Assembly (NCBI RefSeq): GCF_009914755.1
Contig: NC_060948.1
DNA length: 64,000 nt
Origin: the human T2T-CHM13v2.0 reference genome, Homo sapiens
Reading direction: 5' to 3' (one strand)
Below the pieces are notes generated by a model, which was not told the origin of the DNA, did not search any database, and saw only the letters and a list, made by a program, of their open reading frames with translations. The position numbers and the translations under genes were made by a program. Positions 49,715 to 64,000 of this stretch are shown in pieces; positions within the stretch are counted from its first letter, which is position 1; every line of letters starts with the position of its first letter.

Positions 49715-50844
49715 TCCTTGAAAACGAAAGTTCCACAAGGGCGAAACAAGAAAACAAATTTAACACCCCCCAAAGAAAGTACGAAGAGTAACCTCAAAAG
49801 AACCGCAGGGGAAAACAATTCAAAATTTACAAGTATCTACCCTAAAAGAAGCTGAAAGTCCCTCAAAAACTTTCCAGAGGCCATGTCCTTGTATTACAAA
49901 AATGATCATAAAAACTGGCAGGAGTAGACGAATAGAAATGCATCTTAAAACTTGCTGAACACTTCAAGTCTCCCATAAGAATTGTAATGGAAAATGGATC
50001 AGTCGGCAGTTTTTTCCATACAATTATGAACAAATTATATTTCTTCATACATAGATTTGTTTTTTCAATATTCTAAGGAATTAACTTTTATATTAATAGT
50101 AGGTGATGTAAGAAAGCAGGCCTTTATCAAGATAACTGACACTGGATGTCCATACCATTACTCAGGTGGGCCTTAATTCCCAGCCAGGTTCCCTCCCTGG
50201 ACACACACTGAAGGTCCCCAGCCATTTGGCAATCTCTTCACATTCCCAGCCCTGGAGGTAGCCCTAAAATACATGTACCTGAAGAAAATAAAACATTGCC
50301 TCACACTGGAGCCCAGTGTGGTCCTCCAGATTCCGTGTGAGGTGGACTAACTTATATGGGAAGGCAGGGCAGCGGGAGTGAGGATGGCAGAGAGGATTAC
50401 ACATGTCAAGGCAGCCGGGGTCATGGAAACAAAACATGACTGGCCTGGGAGAAACACTGTGAAAGGACACAGACCTAGGTGGGCCTCAGGTGGACATCCT
50501 CATGGAGAAAAAGGGGGCCCTGGTTGATCTCAAAATGAGCCCCAGGTGGTAGCAGGTCTTACCGCAGGGCAGGGAGCTGGCGAGTAATGATGAGACAGCT
50601 ATCCCTTAAGCCCTGCTTGTCACCCACTGACTTTAGCCACATATGCATCATAGTGGCTTAAGGTGCCCCGATCCTGAAATGTGGGTGTTACATGTCCCTG
50701 ATGGGCCTCTCTCCCCCAACCCACGGATTGCCTGGGATTGCTCACTGCAGTCTCCTCCCGGATCCTTGGGTTCTCCATGTGGGGCCCAGATCCAGGTCAA
50801 AAGGCCTCTCAGTTCCCAGCCCTTCCCAGCCCTAGGCTGCTCGC

Positions 50845-53112
50845 CTGGCCTCCTCTCTGTTCCGCCTCTAGGGCTGACCCTCTCTCCATGGGATAGAACT
50901 GCAATGGATTGAGCCATAGGCCCTGGCTGATGATCTAGGGGACTGCAGAAGTGGGTCCAGGACAGTTCAGGTGACAGTTCAAAGCCAATTCCCCAGAGAC
51001 CAAGGAATGACCAGCTAGGTCCTTTCCCATGATGCCCCATGGCGAACCCCACCTCAGCAATCCTGCCAAAACCCGGGCAGTCATGTTCAGCCAAACAGCT
51101 GAATGAGCTCAGGTAGGAGGTGTACTGCCTGCAGCTGGAGGCTTGACCTTCGTGATCCCAGAACCGCTGGACTGCAGTGGAATGAGACACCCTGTAGCCT
51201 GCAGGGAGAGGAGTCAGGAAGGTTCATGCCAGTCCCACCCTCCCACACACCAGCTCCCCTACCATGCTGGGAGGCATTCCTTACCGAGGATGCCAACACA
51301 GTGCTCCTTCATGATGATTTCACTGTGGAAATAAAGGTTGGGATGAAAGGAAATCATCCTGCCACCGGTAACCGGGATGGCTGAGTTCCTCCACCTGCCG
51401 GATCAAGGAGAAAGAGGATGGATTCAATGGGACCATCTCAACTAGCCGGGCTGAGGTGGCCTACTAGCTGTAGTGAACCATGAGTTTCCCCTTCCCAGCT
51501 CTCCCACTGAGACAACCCTGGTCCCCAGGGGGACCTCAAACTGACTCAGACACTGGACTCCTCCCACAGACCCAGGCTCCCCAGCCTGACCTGCAAATCC
51601 ATCACGTAGCAAAGCAGGACTTCCGCATGCTTTCCGACCCACGCCGACATCTCGTGTGCCAAACAATCTACCTCTGCGCAAGAACTCTCCAGAGGATTGG
51701 GTGGGCAAGCCTCGTGACGCCTTGCAATTTCGCAAGAACACAGACAATGTGGAACAGGGCCATCTCCCAGACATTTGGCCAGTCACCCTTCATTGTTGGC
51801 CCTCTATCTCTGTCTGGCGAGGAGGCAACGCCACAACTGTGGTGGTTTTTGGAGTGGGTGGACCCCGGCCAAGACGGCCTGGGCTGACCAGAGACGGGAG
51901 GCAGAAAAAGTGGGCAGGTGGTTGCAGCTGAGGGACGGGAGGGACCGGGGGTGGTGTGAGGCGGCTGCTTCTCTGAGTTTCTGAGATGCAGGAGGCCTTT
52001 GTGTGCTGGGTGCTGGACATGCTCCGCTGATGTCCGGGTGTGTGGTGTCCTCTTATCCTAGTCTCCCTGAGGGGTGGGCCTGTCCACCTGAGGGAAGCCT
52101 TGTAGTTAGAAGCCACAGCAGGGTCGTGCCTGGCGCTCTCCAAGGGAATTGCGTGGGTCCAGAGGAAGTTATACAGGCTCAGGGCCTACACGCCTTTGAG
52201 TGCAGCGCCTGCAGTTGGATGAATGCGCATCTGCGGAGCTGGTGCCCGCCGTCAGGTGGTCGGCAGCCCCATGCGCCGCGAACCCGTCTTAAGCACCTTG
52301 TGTTTCTGGGGTGAGCCTGCTGGAAACAGGCACCGAGAGCAGGGGTGGTTCAATGGCTGGTAATGGCATACAGATTCCCCGTCCTCCAGGGACGTTCCCA
52401 GGGAAACGCGTCCTTCGAATTTGGGCTGTGCGCAAAGGGACCTTGGCGCCGCGATTCTCCCTTGTCAGTGCTGGCCCTGGCTCCCCTTCCCTACCACGTG
52501 CTCCCAGGGCTGCTACAAGCGAGCTGCCCTCACAGCTGCGGGAACGTGGCCTCGGCTCCCACGCTGTCCCCCATCCCCTGCCTCCTGGCTGACCCCACGT
52601 GCCTCCCACCTGGCTCCTCCCCCCAAACAGCCCCCATACCCCCCGAGGCCCGATGACTATCCCCTGCTGCCCGCCATCCCAAATCGGCAGCCGCAAGGAT
52701 ATGGCTCTGGCTCACAAGGCGGAGATGCTCTGTGGCCTGGGGCATTCACGGAGCCCAGCTCCAAGTGAAGGACCTCCAGTGAGTCCATTGACGGCCCCGG
52801 TGTGCTCGGTCCAGGGCCAGGCTGTGCCCGCTGGCCCTCCTTCTGCCACCCCACGTCGGGCTCCACCTCAACCACCACCTCCACCTCAGCCATGATGTCT
52901 TCCACCTTCAGCACCGCCTCCTCTTCCAAGGCCGCCTCCTTGCTCTGTACCCCGGCCGTCCTCTCCAGCATTGCCTCCAGCCTGAACACGGTTTTCTCCT
53001 GGGTGCTCCCACAGACCCTGGGCCTGCGCAGCCCAGCCCAGCCCAGCCCATGCCCCGCACCCGTAGGCTCTGGGGGCCCGCTCCCCAGCAGACCCGCTCC
53101 CTGCAAGACCCA
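50845..53112 (-). pseudogene. FAM197Y: TSPY-family relic A, unit 3
   Basis: Near-identical copy at offset +40542 (ORFs 50648..51190 and 52657..53421). Confidence 0.85.
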
Positions 53113-54044
53113 CGGGCGTCGCCCTGCTGTGAACCTGGTCCCACACCTACGTGGACCCAGGTTTCCTGAGGAGCTCCGCTGGACCCGCAGATCCCGCACT
53201 GGCCAAAGGGCTCCGGTCCCCAGCAGGCTCAACTGCGCACAGGAGCTCGGGAGCCAGAGGCCCCGGCCCTGGGCTTGCAGAGCCCCACCAACAGGCACCG
53301 CAACCGCTGCTGCGGGTGCGGGAGCCTCTGGGTCGTCAAGGCAGCGCACAACAGCGTGCGTGCAGGCCGACAATGGCCAACCCTGGCGGCTGGCCTCTGG
53401 TGTGCCCAGGGCATAGGACAAGAGGCCCTTTGGAATGCTCCTTGGAGTACAGCATCCTCAGGGAGGAAGCATGGTACTCGGAGCCTCTATTTGCCTCGAC
53501 CTGTGAGAGTGTGTGCCGGGGCTCTGGCCTCTACAGCAGATCAATTCCACCTCAGCACCGGCAGGCGACTTTCCTCCCACGTGCCCGCCCCGATCACTTC
53601 CCCCAGGACACCCCTGCCGCCCTAGCCCCAGCAACCAGAGAGAGTTCTCTGCATCTGCTGTATTACCTCCGTACCATCTACCTGGCCTGCCTAACGAAGA
53701 GAGATGTTTCCTGTGTTCATGACACATAGAGATGTTCATGGCTTGCCACACTGAGGATGTCAGGGCACAGGGCTGCCATGCCCACAGTTCCAAAGGCCAC
53801 GCAGCCCGCGTGTGCCCGGATGCCTAGCTACCCGGCACAAGCTCCAAGGGCTTCTCGGAGGAGGCTTGGGCAGGGAAGGCGGGGGGTGGGGGGGCTGGAG
53901 ATGCAGGCCCGCCAGTGGCTGTGCCGCCCAGGGAGACGCCCACCGCCCTCCCATTGACTGGCCACGACGGGAGGAAGTCGGCCTGGGTGCGGCCCCCCGG
54001 CCCTTCGCGCGCAGTCCCTTAGGGGGCGCCTGGAAGCCCGGCGC

Positions 54045-56607
54045 ATGCGCCCTGAGGGCTCGCTGACCTACCGGGTGCCAGAGAGGCTGCGGCAGGGTTT
54101 CTGTGGCGTGGGTCGGGCAGCACAGGCCTTGGTGTGTGCGAGTGCCAAGGAGGGCACCGCCTTCAGGATGGAGGCTGTACAGGAGGGGGCGGCCGGGGTG
54201 GAGAGTGAGCAGGCGGCTTTGGGGGAGGAGGCGGTGCTGCTGTTGGATGACATAATGGCGGAGGTGGAGGTGGTGGCGGAGGAGGAGGGCCTCGTGGAGC
54301 GGCGGGAGGAGGCCCAGCGGGCACAGCAGGCTGTGCCTGGCCCTGGGCCCATGACCCCAGAGTCTGCACTGGAGGAGCTGCTGGCCGTTCAGGTGGAGCT
54401 GGAGCCGGTTAATGCCCAAGCCAGGAAGGCCTTTTCTCGGCAGCGGGAAAAGATGGAGCGGAGGCGCAAGCCCCACCTAGACCGCAGAGGCGCCGTCATC
54501 CAGAGCGTCCCTGGCTTCTGGGCCAATGTTGTATCCTTCTCAGTGTTTCTTCGGCCTTTCTAGTGGAGAGGTGCTCTCGGGGAAGTGTAAGTGACCGATG
54601 GGCAGCTCGGCGTCGATGTGACTCTTTGGGGAACAAAGGGGAGTTGCCACGGACCAGTGTGGCTGTGGAAAGCCGGAGCAGGCGTGGGTACTATTGTCCT
54701 GCATGCGGCAGAGAAACCCTTGGTGATGCCGAGCAGCAGACGTTTGGGGCATCTTTTTGAAGAGCAGAAGCGAGTTCAGAGCGGAAGAGGTTTTTCAGTG
54801 AATGAAGCTATTTTTAAGGGAGTGTGATTGCTGCCCCTTGCTAGTCCGATCTGGGACTGGGCGTCTTCGGCTATAAGCAGATTCTGCCACTCCTCAGACA
54901 CCAGCAAGTCTCTGCAAATCGCGCCTCCCCATGTCAGTGCAGTCAGCCTCAGAATCATACACCCTCTGTGAACACAGGAGGCCTTAGTTTACGGGGAGGG
55001 GGAGGCGAAAGGAGATCATACATGGAAGCAGATCTGAGAAATCCCCTACCCCAGCCTCTGGGTGCTCTTAGGCCTTCTTCCCTGTTGCTCCTCGCTTTCC
55101 CTTCCATCGTGTGTAAAGTCTCTTTGACCTAAATCAGATTGCAAACCACCCCCAGATGTCAGCCCTGATCACTGACGAAGATGAAGACATGCTGAGCTAC
55201 ATGGTCAGCCTGGAGGTGAGGCCAGGAAGACTGGGGCTAGAGGGTTTAGCGGGGGAGGGTAAGGGAAATAATTCATTCCTGTAAGCAAGAGTGAGCACCT
55301 CACCCGAAAACCTATCTAAGCTTTCTCCACCTTGTCCTGACAGGTGGAAGAAGAGAAGCATCCTGTTCATCTCTGCAAGATCATGTTGTTCTTTCGGAGT
55401 AACCCCTACTTCCAGAATAAAGTGATTACCAAGGAATATCTGGTGAACATCACAGGTGACAGGTGGCTCCCAGGATGGGTAGTGGAAGGAAGATGGTGGG
55501 TGGATCATTGCCAACGGGATCCAGCCCCCTTCCCACAAAAACTCCTGTCTCTGTAGAATACAGGGCTTCTCATTCCACTCCAATTGAGTGGTATCCGGAT
55601 TATGAAGTGGAGGCCTATCGCCGCAGACACCACAACAGCAGCCTTAACTTCTTCAACTGGTTCTCTGACCACAACTTCGCAGGATCTAACAAGATTGCTG
55701 AGGTGAGTCCTCACTGGGAAACATGAGGAATGACCCCGTGTGTTCCCAGCTGCTTGGGTCACCTTTCTGAGCCCTGATGAGGCCTTTCCCGATTGAGTCC
55801 CCTGACAGATCCTATGTAAGGACCTGTGGCGCAATCCCCTGCAATACTACAAGAGGATGAAGCCACCTGAAGAGGGAACAGAGACGTCAGGTGAGCCGTT
55901 AGTTGGCACTGGAGCTGTTTGATGCCCAGTATAAGGGGGTTGACACACCTGCCTATTCAGGGAGCCTGGGTGCTCATTTCAGAAATGTAGAAATTGAGGC
56001 TCCTTTCGTACATGTAGAAATTCCTTGAGAGGAAGACAGAGAGTGACAGAATCCAGGACGTTCATGGCATTGGGCTGAAAAGGCACGTTAGAGACTGCAC
56101 TGCAAAGCGGGTGATAGCTGTGGAGTCTTAAGCCCAGTGAAGAATCGTCCATTTCCAGAATCAATGAGAAGTAAAGCTGAAAATCATTCAGTTCAGTCTG
56201 TGGCACTTGATTCCACGGCTGTCAACCCCACCGGCAGTCATCCCACCAACCCCATGAGATTGGGCTCCCTGAATGTGCGTCCTGGTCATCCTTGCCCCAA
56301 ACCACAAAGGACTGTTTAGATTGATGGATTTCCTTAAGCTGTTGCCCCATCAGACTTGTGTGTGCTTTTAGGGCCCAGTGCATCTTGTTAGCTGACTCCC
56401 CTCACAGACAATACTGGGAATGGGGCAGGGATTGCGCAGAACAGTTTGTAACACGTGGTAGGAGGAAGTTTAAGGGATCACAAATGGGGAAGGGATATCC
56501 TTTTCTCAGCGGGCCCCACAATTGAAACATTTCAAAGTATGGCTCAGAGAAAATGCGTTTTAACATGAGTTTGTGTTTCTCTAGGGGACTCCCAGTTGTT
56601 GAGTTGA
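54045..56607 (+). CDS. TSPY: TSPY copy 3; spliced CDS of 308 aa, intact
   Basis: Exons are 54045-54530, 55138-55215, 55344-55455, 55557-55702, 55809-55890 and 56585-56607. The coding sequence appears identical to copy 2. Confidence 0.97.
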
Positions 56608-59600
56608 ATATGATGGAGCATCAGATTTTACCTAATACAGCAGAACTCCTAAAAAGTTACAGCCATATGCAGGACGGCAGTACTCAGCATGGTCTTATGC
56701 ACAGGAACTAAAGGAAAAAGAGATCGAGTCACAAAAATTCAGGAAGAGGGGGTAAATGTGGATTGTATGGAATGAAAAATAAACATTCTCAAGGATGTGT
56801 GACTCTGTGTCTGTGTGTGTGTGTGTGTGTCTTTGAGTTTGTGTGTGTGTGTGTGTGTGTATGTTTATCCACTTTATTCGGGTGTCATAATGAATTGATC
56901 AATCCACGTGCTTTATTCTCTTCATGGAAATAACCAGTCTGCGTTGGAGCTGGGCCTCTAAAGTTGTAGAGTGAATGGGTGTGGGATGTGTTGGGATTCT
57001 TCCTACAGGACAGAGTGGGAGAGGTAAAAGCAAAAGACAGCTTAGTTGGAGGCTGACTTCGTCCTGTGGAAGCAGAGATAGTTCAAGGAAAGGGGTTACT
57101 GGGTTTCCAGGGCCCAGTTTGCTGGGACCTCCAAAATCCTTCATTTTGGGTATCATCATACACAGTAGCTAAGCACAGGATGATGGAAATCTTAAAGTTC
57201 GCTTTCGTGTTGAATCCACATGTTCTTTTAAAGGTGAATGCATGATCCTTTTCTGGGACAATCAGCCTCTCAGGACTTCTGAAACATCAACGTGAGAAGA
57301 AATGGGCATGTAAGGTGTATGGAGGGACTGTGGGAAAGGTGACAGAGGCATGTGGGAAGGCATTCAGGATACGCTTTTGGCATAGATGACTAAGGGAAAA
57401 CAGAAACTTACAGAAGTGAGGGGAAAGGGGGTGGATTAGTGGAATATAAGATTGTTGGAGAATCCATCCATGGACTCTCTTGTCACTTGATGACCCAGGA
57501 TATGGACACTCTTGTTGATGTTTACATCTTTAGTTGTTTTAAGCTTTTCTCCAAGATTCTGTGTTAGGTGAGGAGCCAATAACGTATGTAGCTAACAACA
57601 GTACGAGTGCATTTTGTGCTCTTGCAAAGTCTAGTGAGGCTCTATTCTCCCTCGTGATTGGCACTGCAGATTGTATCTGGAGCCCAGGGCCCCTAAATTT
57701 TCTGTGGCCTCTTCAGCATAGTTTGCCTAAGGTTTAGAACGTAAAGCGAATATAGTTGCGGAATATGTTTTGCAAGCCTCACACAGGAGGACAAAACATA
57801 CAGCTTTCATTCGCGAGTGGGAGGCTGCTTCCCAGGAACACGTGTGTCTGCACAAGACAAGGGGTTGCCTCTGTCAAGGATGGGGCAGGAGGATTTCAGT
57901 GTCGGAGGCAGAACTTTCTTTCCTGTTCCCAGATGAAACAGTTCCAACACGAGCATCCATGTTGACCACACGCTACTAGAGTGCTAACATTGCTGTCCCG
58001 TATAGACTCTGGTCAGCACAGCTTCTGTGAGAAGAGCTATGTTGTTTCAGGGAAGAGGGTTTGACAGTCAAAGTTCCTGAATCTGTTGTGGTGCCTGCAA
58101 TATGCATTCTACCCCTCCTGCTCGGTGTCAAAGCAGTTGAGCTTTGAAAATCTATCGCCCGGTTTTGTCCCTGCTCCTATGCAGACCTCTGAAGCTCTGG
58201 AGCGGGAGTCTTGTCCTCCTCTGACTACCGTCCCCCTGACCCACAAACACAGGAGAAACAGGTGTTCTAAGCAAATTATTCTGAAAACAGTCGGAACCCT
58301 TTGGCCCCCTCAAGCTGCCCTGTATCCTACTGTGTGCATGTCAAAGACACTGTGGTCCAGTACGGTATCCCTATAGCGGCAATGGGGCAACAGATTGGTG
58401 TGTGCACTCTGGGCAACTCAGATTAGGAAACGTCTGGGGACTTGCCTATAACGAGGTCGTCTTAAAACGTGTTGCCCCAAATTTAAGGCATAGGAAAATG
58501 TTGAGGAAAGGGTCTTGCAATGATTTTTCTAGGAGGTAAATAGATAAGAAAATGACCGTAAATAGATGCCAGGGCTAGTTTTGGAGCTAGCCTGTTTTAA
58601 AGTGGTGGTAGGGGAGGAGCTTTTTCCAAGGCAGGTAGCAAACCAGGAACTGTCTACGATGGATGGGCGTGCCACGGGTTGGTGGCTCAGCCATATTGCC
58701 ACCCCACCGAGTGAATGCAGCAGACTGGGCTTCTTCCTTGAATCCTACGTGCAATTCAGTCTAGTGATTTCACATGAGATCCCTTCTTCTGGTATTATCA
58801 CAGATCGTGCTGAATTATACAGGCTGTGTAATGCTTCTTCCACTGAATATCCGTGCACGTGGGCCACAGATGCTAAGGGCACTGACAAATTTGCACCGTG
58901 CCTCAGTAACTCGGAAGCACATCTGTGATTTGTACCGACAGGGACTTGGTGTCTTTTCGTGTTTAAAGTAGCACGTGTGTGTTTGTGGTTGCGTATGTTT
59001 ATTTCTCTGTGCGGGTTTGTATATTTTCTCTGACTCCACCTGTGTCTCCGTGGTTCCGATATTTTTCCACACTCCCTGCGACAATTTGCACATGCCTATC
59101 TCTACAACCATTGTAGACTTTGTATCTGTGTCTTTGAACATCTGTCACTCTCTCTCCCTTCCTTTTTTCTTTTCCTTCCTTTACACCCCTTTCATCCTTC
59201 CCTTGCTTCCCCACCACACTCTCTCCATCTGTATCGTCTATGTTTCTATTCTCTATCTGGGTTTACTTTCTAATTCTGAATTCAAGGGCATTGAATTGAA
59301 AAGAAGCACTCTTCGTACTTTTATGTGTTTTAACTCATTTGGGGAATTTGGCGTGGTATTATTTACAGGGTTCTCTCTGCCCTTTCTCATTGTTCTCCCC
59401 AGCCGGGGCTGTTATTATGTGAAAGCTGGTTTCCTTCATCACATCGCGTAGGCTCTAATGATGTTTCGTTTATTTTGATTCTCCTCACACTACATAGTTT
59501 TAATTTACCTAATGTGACTGTTTTTTTGTTTGTTTTCCGAGAATGGGTCTTACTCTGTCTTCTAGGTTGGACAGCAGCCCCACGATCTCAGCCCACTGCA

Positions 59601-62600
59601 GCCCAGGCACCACACACCCATGTGATCCTGTCAACTCAGACTCTCACACACCTGGCAGTACAGGTGCATGCCACCCCTCCAAGCTATGTATTAATTAACT
59701 AAATACTTACTTTTTGAATGTGGGTCCATGTTGCCCCAGGCTCATCTGGAACTCCTGAGTGCAGGCAATCCTCCCACCTCAGCTTATCAAAGTGCTGGGA
59801 TGACAGGTGTGACCCATGGCCCTGCCATGGCTTTGTGTTTTTTGCTTTTTTCTTCCTCCTCCTCACGTCTTGTTTTGAAACATGCACTGAAGGTTTCAAT
59901 TCATGGACTATAGTCTCTGTGCCTGGAATTTCTATCTTTCAACTCATCATCAGCATTCATTGGGATTTTCATATATATATACACCTATATAAGAATACCT
60001 ATGTACACACATATATACGTATATACATGTATATACGTATATATGCACATTTATATACGTATATACATGTATATACGTATATATATACATGTACACATAT
60101 GTATTTATTTCTCAAGTTACGAAACGGCTTGCATTCTTTCCTGTGTCATGAAAAAGACTTTGCTAGAAAAGAAAAGCACTGCTTTATAATAAAATATTTT
60201 ATTTGCATTTATTTTGTTAAGGCATTTTAAAAATTGTATGTTTGTTTAAAAAATGTCATATGAAATGATACATATTTACAACTTAAGGCGTGATGTTCAA
60301 CAGGTCATATACATTATGCATTGGATACATCCAGCCAATCAACATATGTGTGACCTCACATAGTTGTCATTTTTGTTGTGAAAAAACTTGACCTGCACTG
60401 TATTCGAATATTTTTAGAGAAAGAATATGTTACCACTAGTTATAGTGAGCATGCTGAAGAAAATATTTTTAACCTATTCCTCCTTTATAACTAGAAGTAT
60501 GAGTTCTTCATCCAGCATCTCGTCAGTGCACCCTCTTCACCGCAGTCATTGGAGTCACTACTTCTGTGAAGTCCGCTTTTTTGATTTCATATAAGAATGA
60601 GATCATGTGCTATTTTCCTTTCTGATACCTGGCTTATGTCACTTAACAGAATGGCATGCACACATTCAGCAGATTCCCACACATTCTCACAACTGGCAGG
60701 ATTTCCTGATTTCTTATTGCAGCGCATATTTCCGTTGCGCATATGCGTTTTTGCCCCATTTTTTAATCCACTTATCAATGGAGGGACACTCAGGTTGCTT
60801 CCGCATTTTGGCTACAGCAAAAATGTAATGAGTGCAGCAATAATTGCATGGGTGCGCGCACCGCTTCAACATACTGATCTGTGTACTGGCGGGCGTGCCC
60901 GGGTATTCTGATTTGCTGGATCATATAGTGGGTGGTTCTACTTGTAGATTTCTGAAGGCTGTTTATACTTAAATAAGAGCCATAAAGCTTCTTTAATGCC
61001 AGCACTAATTTACATTCTCCCCAAAAGTGAGCAGGGAATTCGTTTTCTCTGCCTCCTCACCAGAGATTAGGGTTTTCTTTTCTTTCTTTTTTTTTTTTTG
61101 TTTGTTTGTCTTTCGGATAATATGCATTCTGACTGAAGTGAGAAGAAATCTCATTGTGTTTTTGATTTGCATTTTCGTGATGGATTGGGGATAATGAGGA
61201 ATTTTTAGTGTGTCTTCTGGGCAACTGTATGTCTCAGTTTCACAAATGAGTCTTCGCAGCCTTCGCCCATTTGTTTTCATGCTATTGAGTTGTTGGGAGT
61301 TCCTTATGTACTGTGACTATTCCCCCATGAACAGATGTATGGTGATCCAATCATTGCTCCCATCCTGTAGGATGCCCCTTCTGTATGTTGAGTTTTCTAT
61401 GGTGTGGTGAAGCACTTTAGTTTGATATGATTCCATTCTCTATTTTTGATGGTGTTTACTGTGTTCTTGCAGTCACTTTGAGACCATCATTGCACACACG
61501 GACGCCATGGAGCTTCTTCCTTGTGATCTCTTCTGCTATTTTTATCGTTTCACATCTGACACTGGAGTTTGGTGATAAATAATCCACTTGTAAAATCCTT
61601 TGTGTGGCTATTCAGATTTCCCCAACCTAGTTTATAGAAGATACTTGATTTTGCATTGGGCGTTCTTGCTTCTTTGGGAAAAGGCTGTGAGCTGCAAATG
61701 CAGTGACTTAGTTCTGGGCTCCTGTTGTTTTTCCTAAGCTCTAGTCTCTGCTTTTCTGCCAGTGCTATTGTATTTTGGTACAAAAAGTTTTGTAGTAGTA
61801 TATCATGAAGTTAGGTAGTGTGGTGGCTCCAGCTTTGTGCTTTTTACTGGATTGCTCTGGGTTTTCAGGATCTTCTGCCATTTCATAGCAAATTTGGGAT
61901 TCCCAGATTGTTTTTCTAAGAAGAATGTGTCATTGATATTTTTACAGGGGTTGTATAGAATCTGAGGATGACTCAGGTAGTAGTGATGTCAATGCCGTTT
62001 AGACAATGTGCGTGTTTGTGTGCACAAGCTCAGGGCCAAGAGACACTGGGTGTCCTCACCAATACTGAGGTGGGCCTTAATATCCAGCCAGATTGCCTTC
62101 TGGAAACACACGGAATGTCCTGTTCTGTTTTGCCATCTCTTCACATTTCCTCCCCTGTGAGCCCTGTGTGGTCCTCCAGATTCCCTGTGCGGTGGCCTGC
62201 CTTTTTTGGGGTGGGGAGTTGCTGGGTGAATGAGGATGGCGGAGGGAACCAAGCATGTCAGTGGAGCGTGGTGTCATCCAAACGGTACTTAGCAGGCCTG
62301 GGAGAGTCATTCTGGGAGGACGCAGACCTAGAGAGGCCTCAGGTGGGCATCTGTGTGGAGGGTGAGAGATCCCTGGTTGAGCCCAAACTGAACCCCAGGT
62401 AGAAGCAAGCCTCAGGACAGGGAAGTAGCTAGCAAGGGATGATGAGGCAGCTATCTCTTGACCCTGGCTTCCCACCCATTGACCTTAGCTACTTATGCCT
62501 ATTAAGCAGATTACGGTTCCCCCATCGTGAAATGTGGGTACCACAGTTCCCTGATGGGCATTTCTCCACCAGCCCATGATGGCCTGAGTTTCCTTACTGC

Positions 62601-62686
62601 AGTCTCCTCCCTGAGCCTTGGCTTCTCTATGTGTGTCCTAACTCCAGGACCCACAGGCCTGTCAACCCCCAGCCCTGGGCTGCTTC

Positions 62687-63457
62687 CCTGGCCTCTTCTC
62701 TGTTCCCTCTCTGAGGGCCTAACTCCCTTGGGTAGTGCTGCAGAATATAGAGCCACAGGCCCTGGCTGATGATCTGGTGGACTGGGCAAATTGGTCGTGA
62801 CAGGTCAGGTTCTGGTTCAAAGCCAATTCCTCCGATGCCAAGGAATGTCGAAGAAGGTCCTTTGCCATGATGCCCCATAGCTGCCCCACCTCAGCAATCG
62901 TGCCGTAACCTGGGCCCTCACAGTCAGACAACCAGCTGAAGAAGCTCAGGCAGTGACCTGCGGGAAACTCGGGCTTTCACCTGCATGACCCTAGAACCAC
63001 TGGACTGCAGTGGAGCCAGTCACCCTGTATCCTGGAGGGAGACGAGTCAGGAAGGCGCACGCCAGGCCCAGCTCCCGAGGTACTACCCCCTCTACTCCTC
63101 AGGGAGGATGCCAATGCAATACTCCTTAGTCATCACTTTGTTTCCGAAGTAAATGTTGTGATGAAAGGCAAACTTCTTCCTACCCCTTGTATTCAGGGTG
63201 GCCGAGTTCCTCCACCTGCCTGTCCAAGAAGGAGAAACAGGGCTGTGAAGGGGCAATTTCATCTAGGTGGGCTGAGGTGGCATTCTAGCCGGGGTGAAGC
63301 ATGCGTTTCCCCTTCCCAGCTTTCCCGCTGAGACACACCTGAGCCCCAGAAGGACCTCAACCTGACCAGGACCTTAGCGCCCTCCCCCAGACCCAGGCTT
63401 TCCATCCTGACCTGCAAATCCAACATGCAGCTTTGAAGGACTTTCTCATGGTTTCTG
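62687..63457 (-). pseudogene. TSPY-family relic B, unit 4
   Basis: Copy at offset +60807. Confidence 0.85.
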
Positions 63458-64000
63458 AGCTCCTTGCTCTCACCAGAAAGAATCAGAACTTTTAAAGTGT
63501 TCTTTATGCCAACTTAAATTTTTTCATTTTTACTACCTCATGTTTTGGATGAGGCATGTATTTTTAAATTTATTTTCACCCTTATTGTACCTCTATGATA
63601 AACTGCTTGCTTACATTCATACCGTAATTATCTCTCAGGTTACTTGTCTGTTCCTAAAGATTCACTGAAACGAAGAATTCTATATATGCTTGTATCTTTC
63701 AGCAACCGTATGTCAGATAGCACTGCACATTACTGCAGACATCGCATATACAGGTCCAAAGGTAGAGGAAGAAGAAGAAAGCAAGCGTTAAACTCTATTC
63801 ATTCCTAAAAGCATATCAGAAACTCACAAATAACAGTGAAATCAAAGAATGATCACAGCCAATTCCATTACATACCTAGACTGAAATACGAAACTTCAAA
63901 GAAAAGAAACATTAGAACTTTGGGTTTGTAAAAATTTTCCTATATAGATAAAATTATTGGTAACTGTGTCTCACTAGAAAACGTAAACAAAAATCCATGT

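Larger units (their letters stand above)
1..64000. repeat. DYZ5: Tandem array of ~20.3-kb units (TSPY array / DYZ5), about 3.15 copies
   Basis: The ORF track and the sequence recur almost identically: ORF 198..473 recurs at 20462, 40727 and 61005, and TSPY ATGs are at 13503, 33765 and 54045. Unit size and content match the known ~20.3-kb TSPY repeat of human Yp. Confidence 0.97.

Noticed and set aside
1-64000. CRISPR arrays, tRNA/rRNA genes, prokaryotic operons, and the many short overlapping ORFs
   Set aside because: This is mammalian genomic DNA with no repeat-spacer arrays or RNA-gene signatures. The short ORFs come from repeats, alternative frames or GC-rich sequence, and recur only because of the tandem array.

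Overview
This is human-type Y-chromosome DNA from the TSPY tandem array (DYZ5, Yp11.2). The window holds about 3.15 head-to-tail copies of a ~20.3-kb unit (TSPY ATG-to-ATG spacing 20,262 and 20,280 bp). Each complete unit carries one intact six-exon TSPY gene on the + strand, giving three copies of 308 aa when spliced by hand. Each unit also has a CpG-island promoter, old L1 fragments, Alus, a THE1-type LTR and microsatellites. Reading the minus strand shows that every unit also contains two decayed, inverted TSPY-family paralogues with exon-intron structure preserved. Relic A has exons 1-5, lies head-to-head with TSPY and falls in the FAM197Y/CYorf16 region. Relic B has the end of exon 2 plus exons 3-5. 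The two relics resemble each other more than TSPY, so they define a second, lost TSPY lineage. TSPY intron 1 has minor-spliceosome (U12) signatures, and relic A keeps the same site as ATATCCTT. Differences between units form a mosaic consistent with gene conversion or unequal crossover. All alignments were made by eye, so repeat boundaries are approximate.
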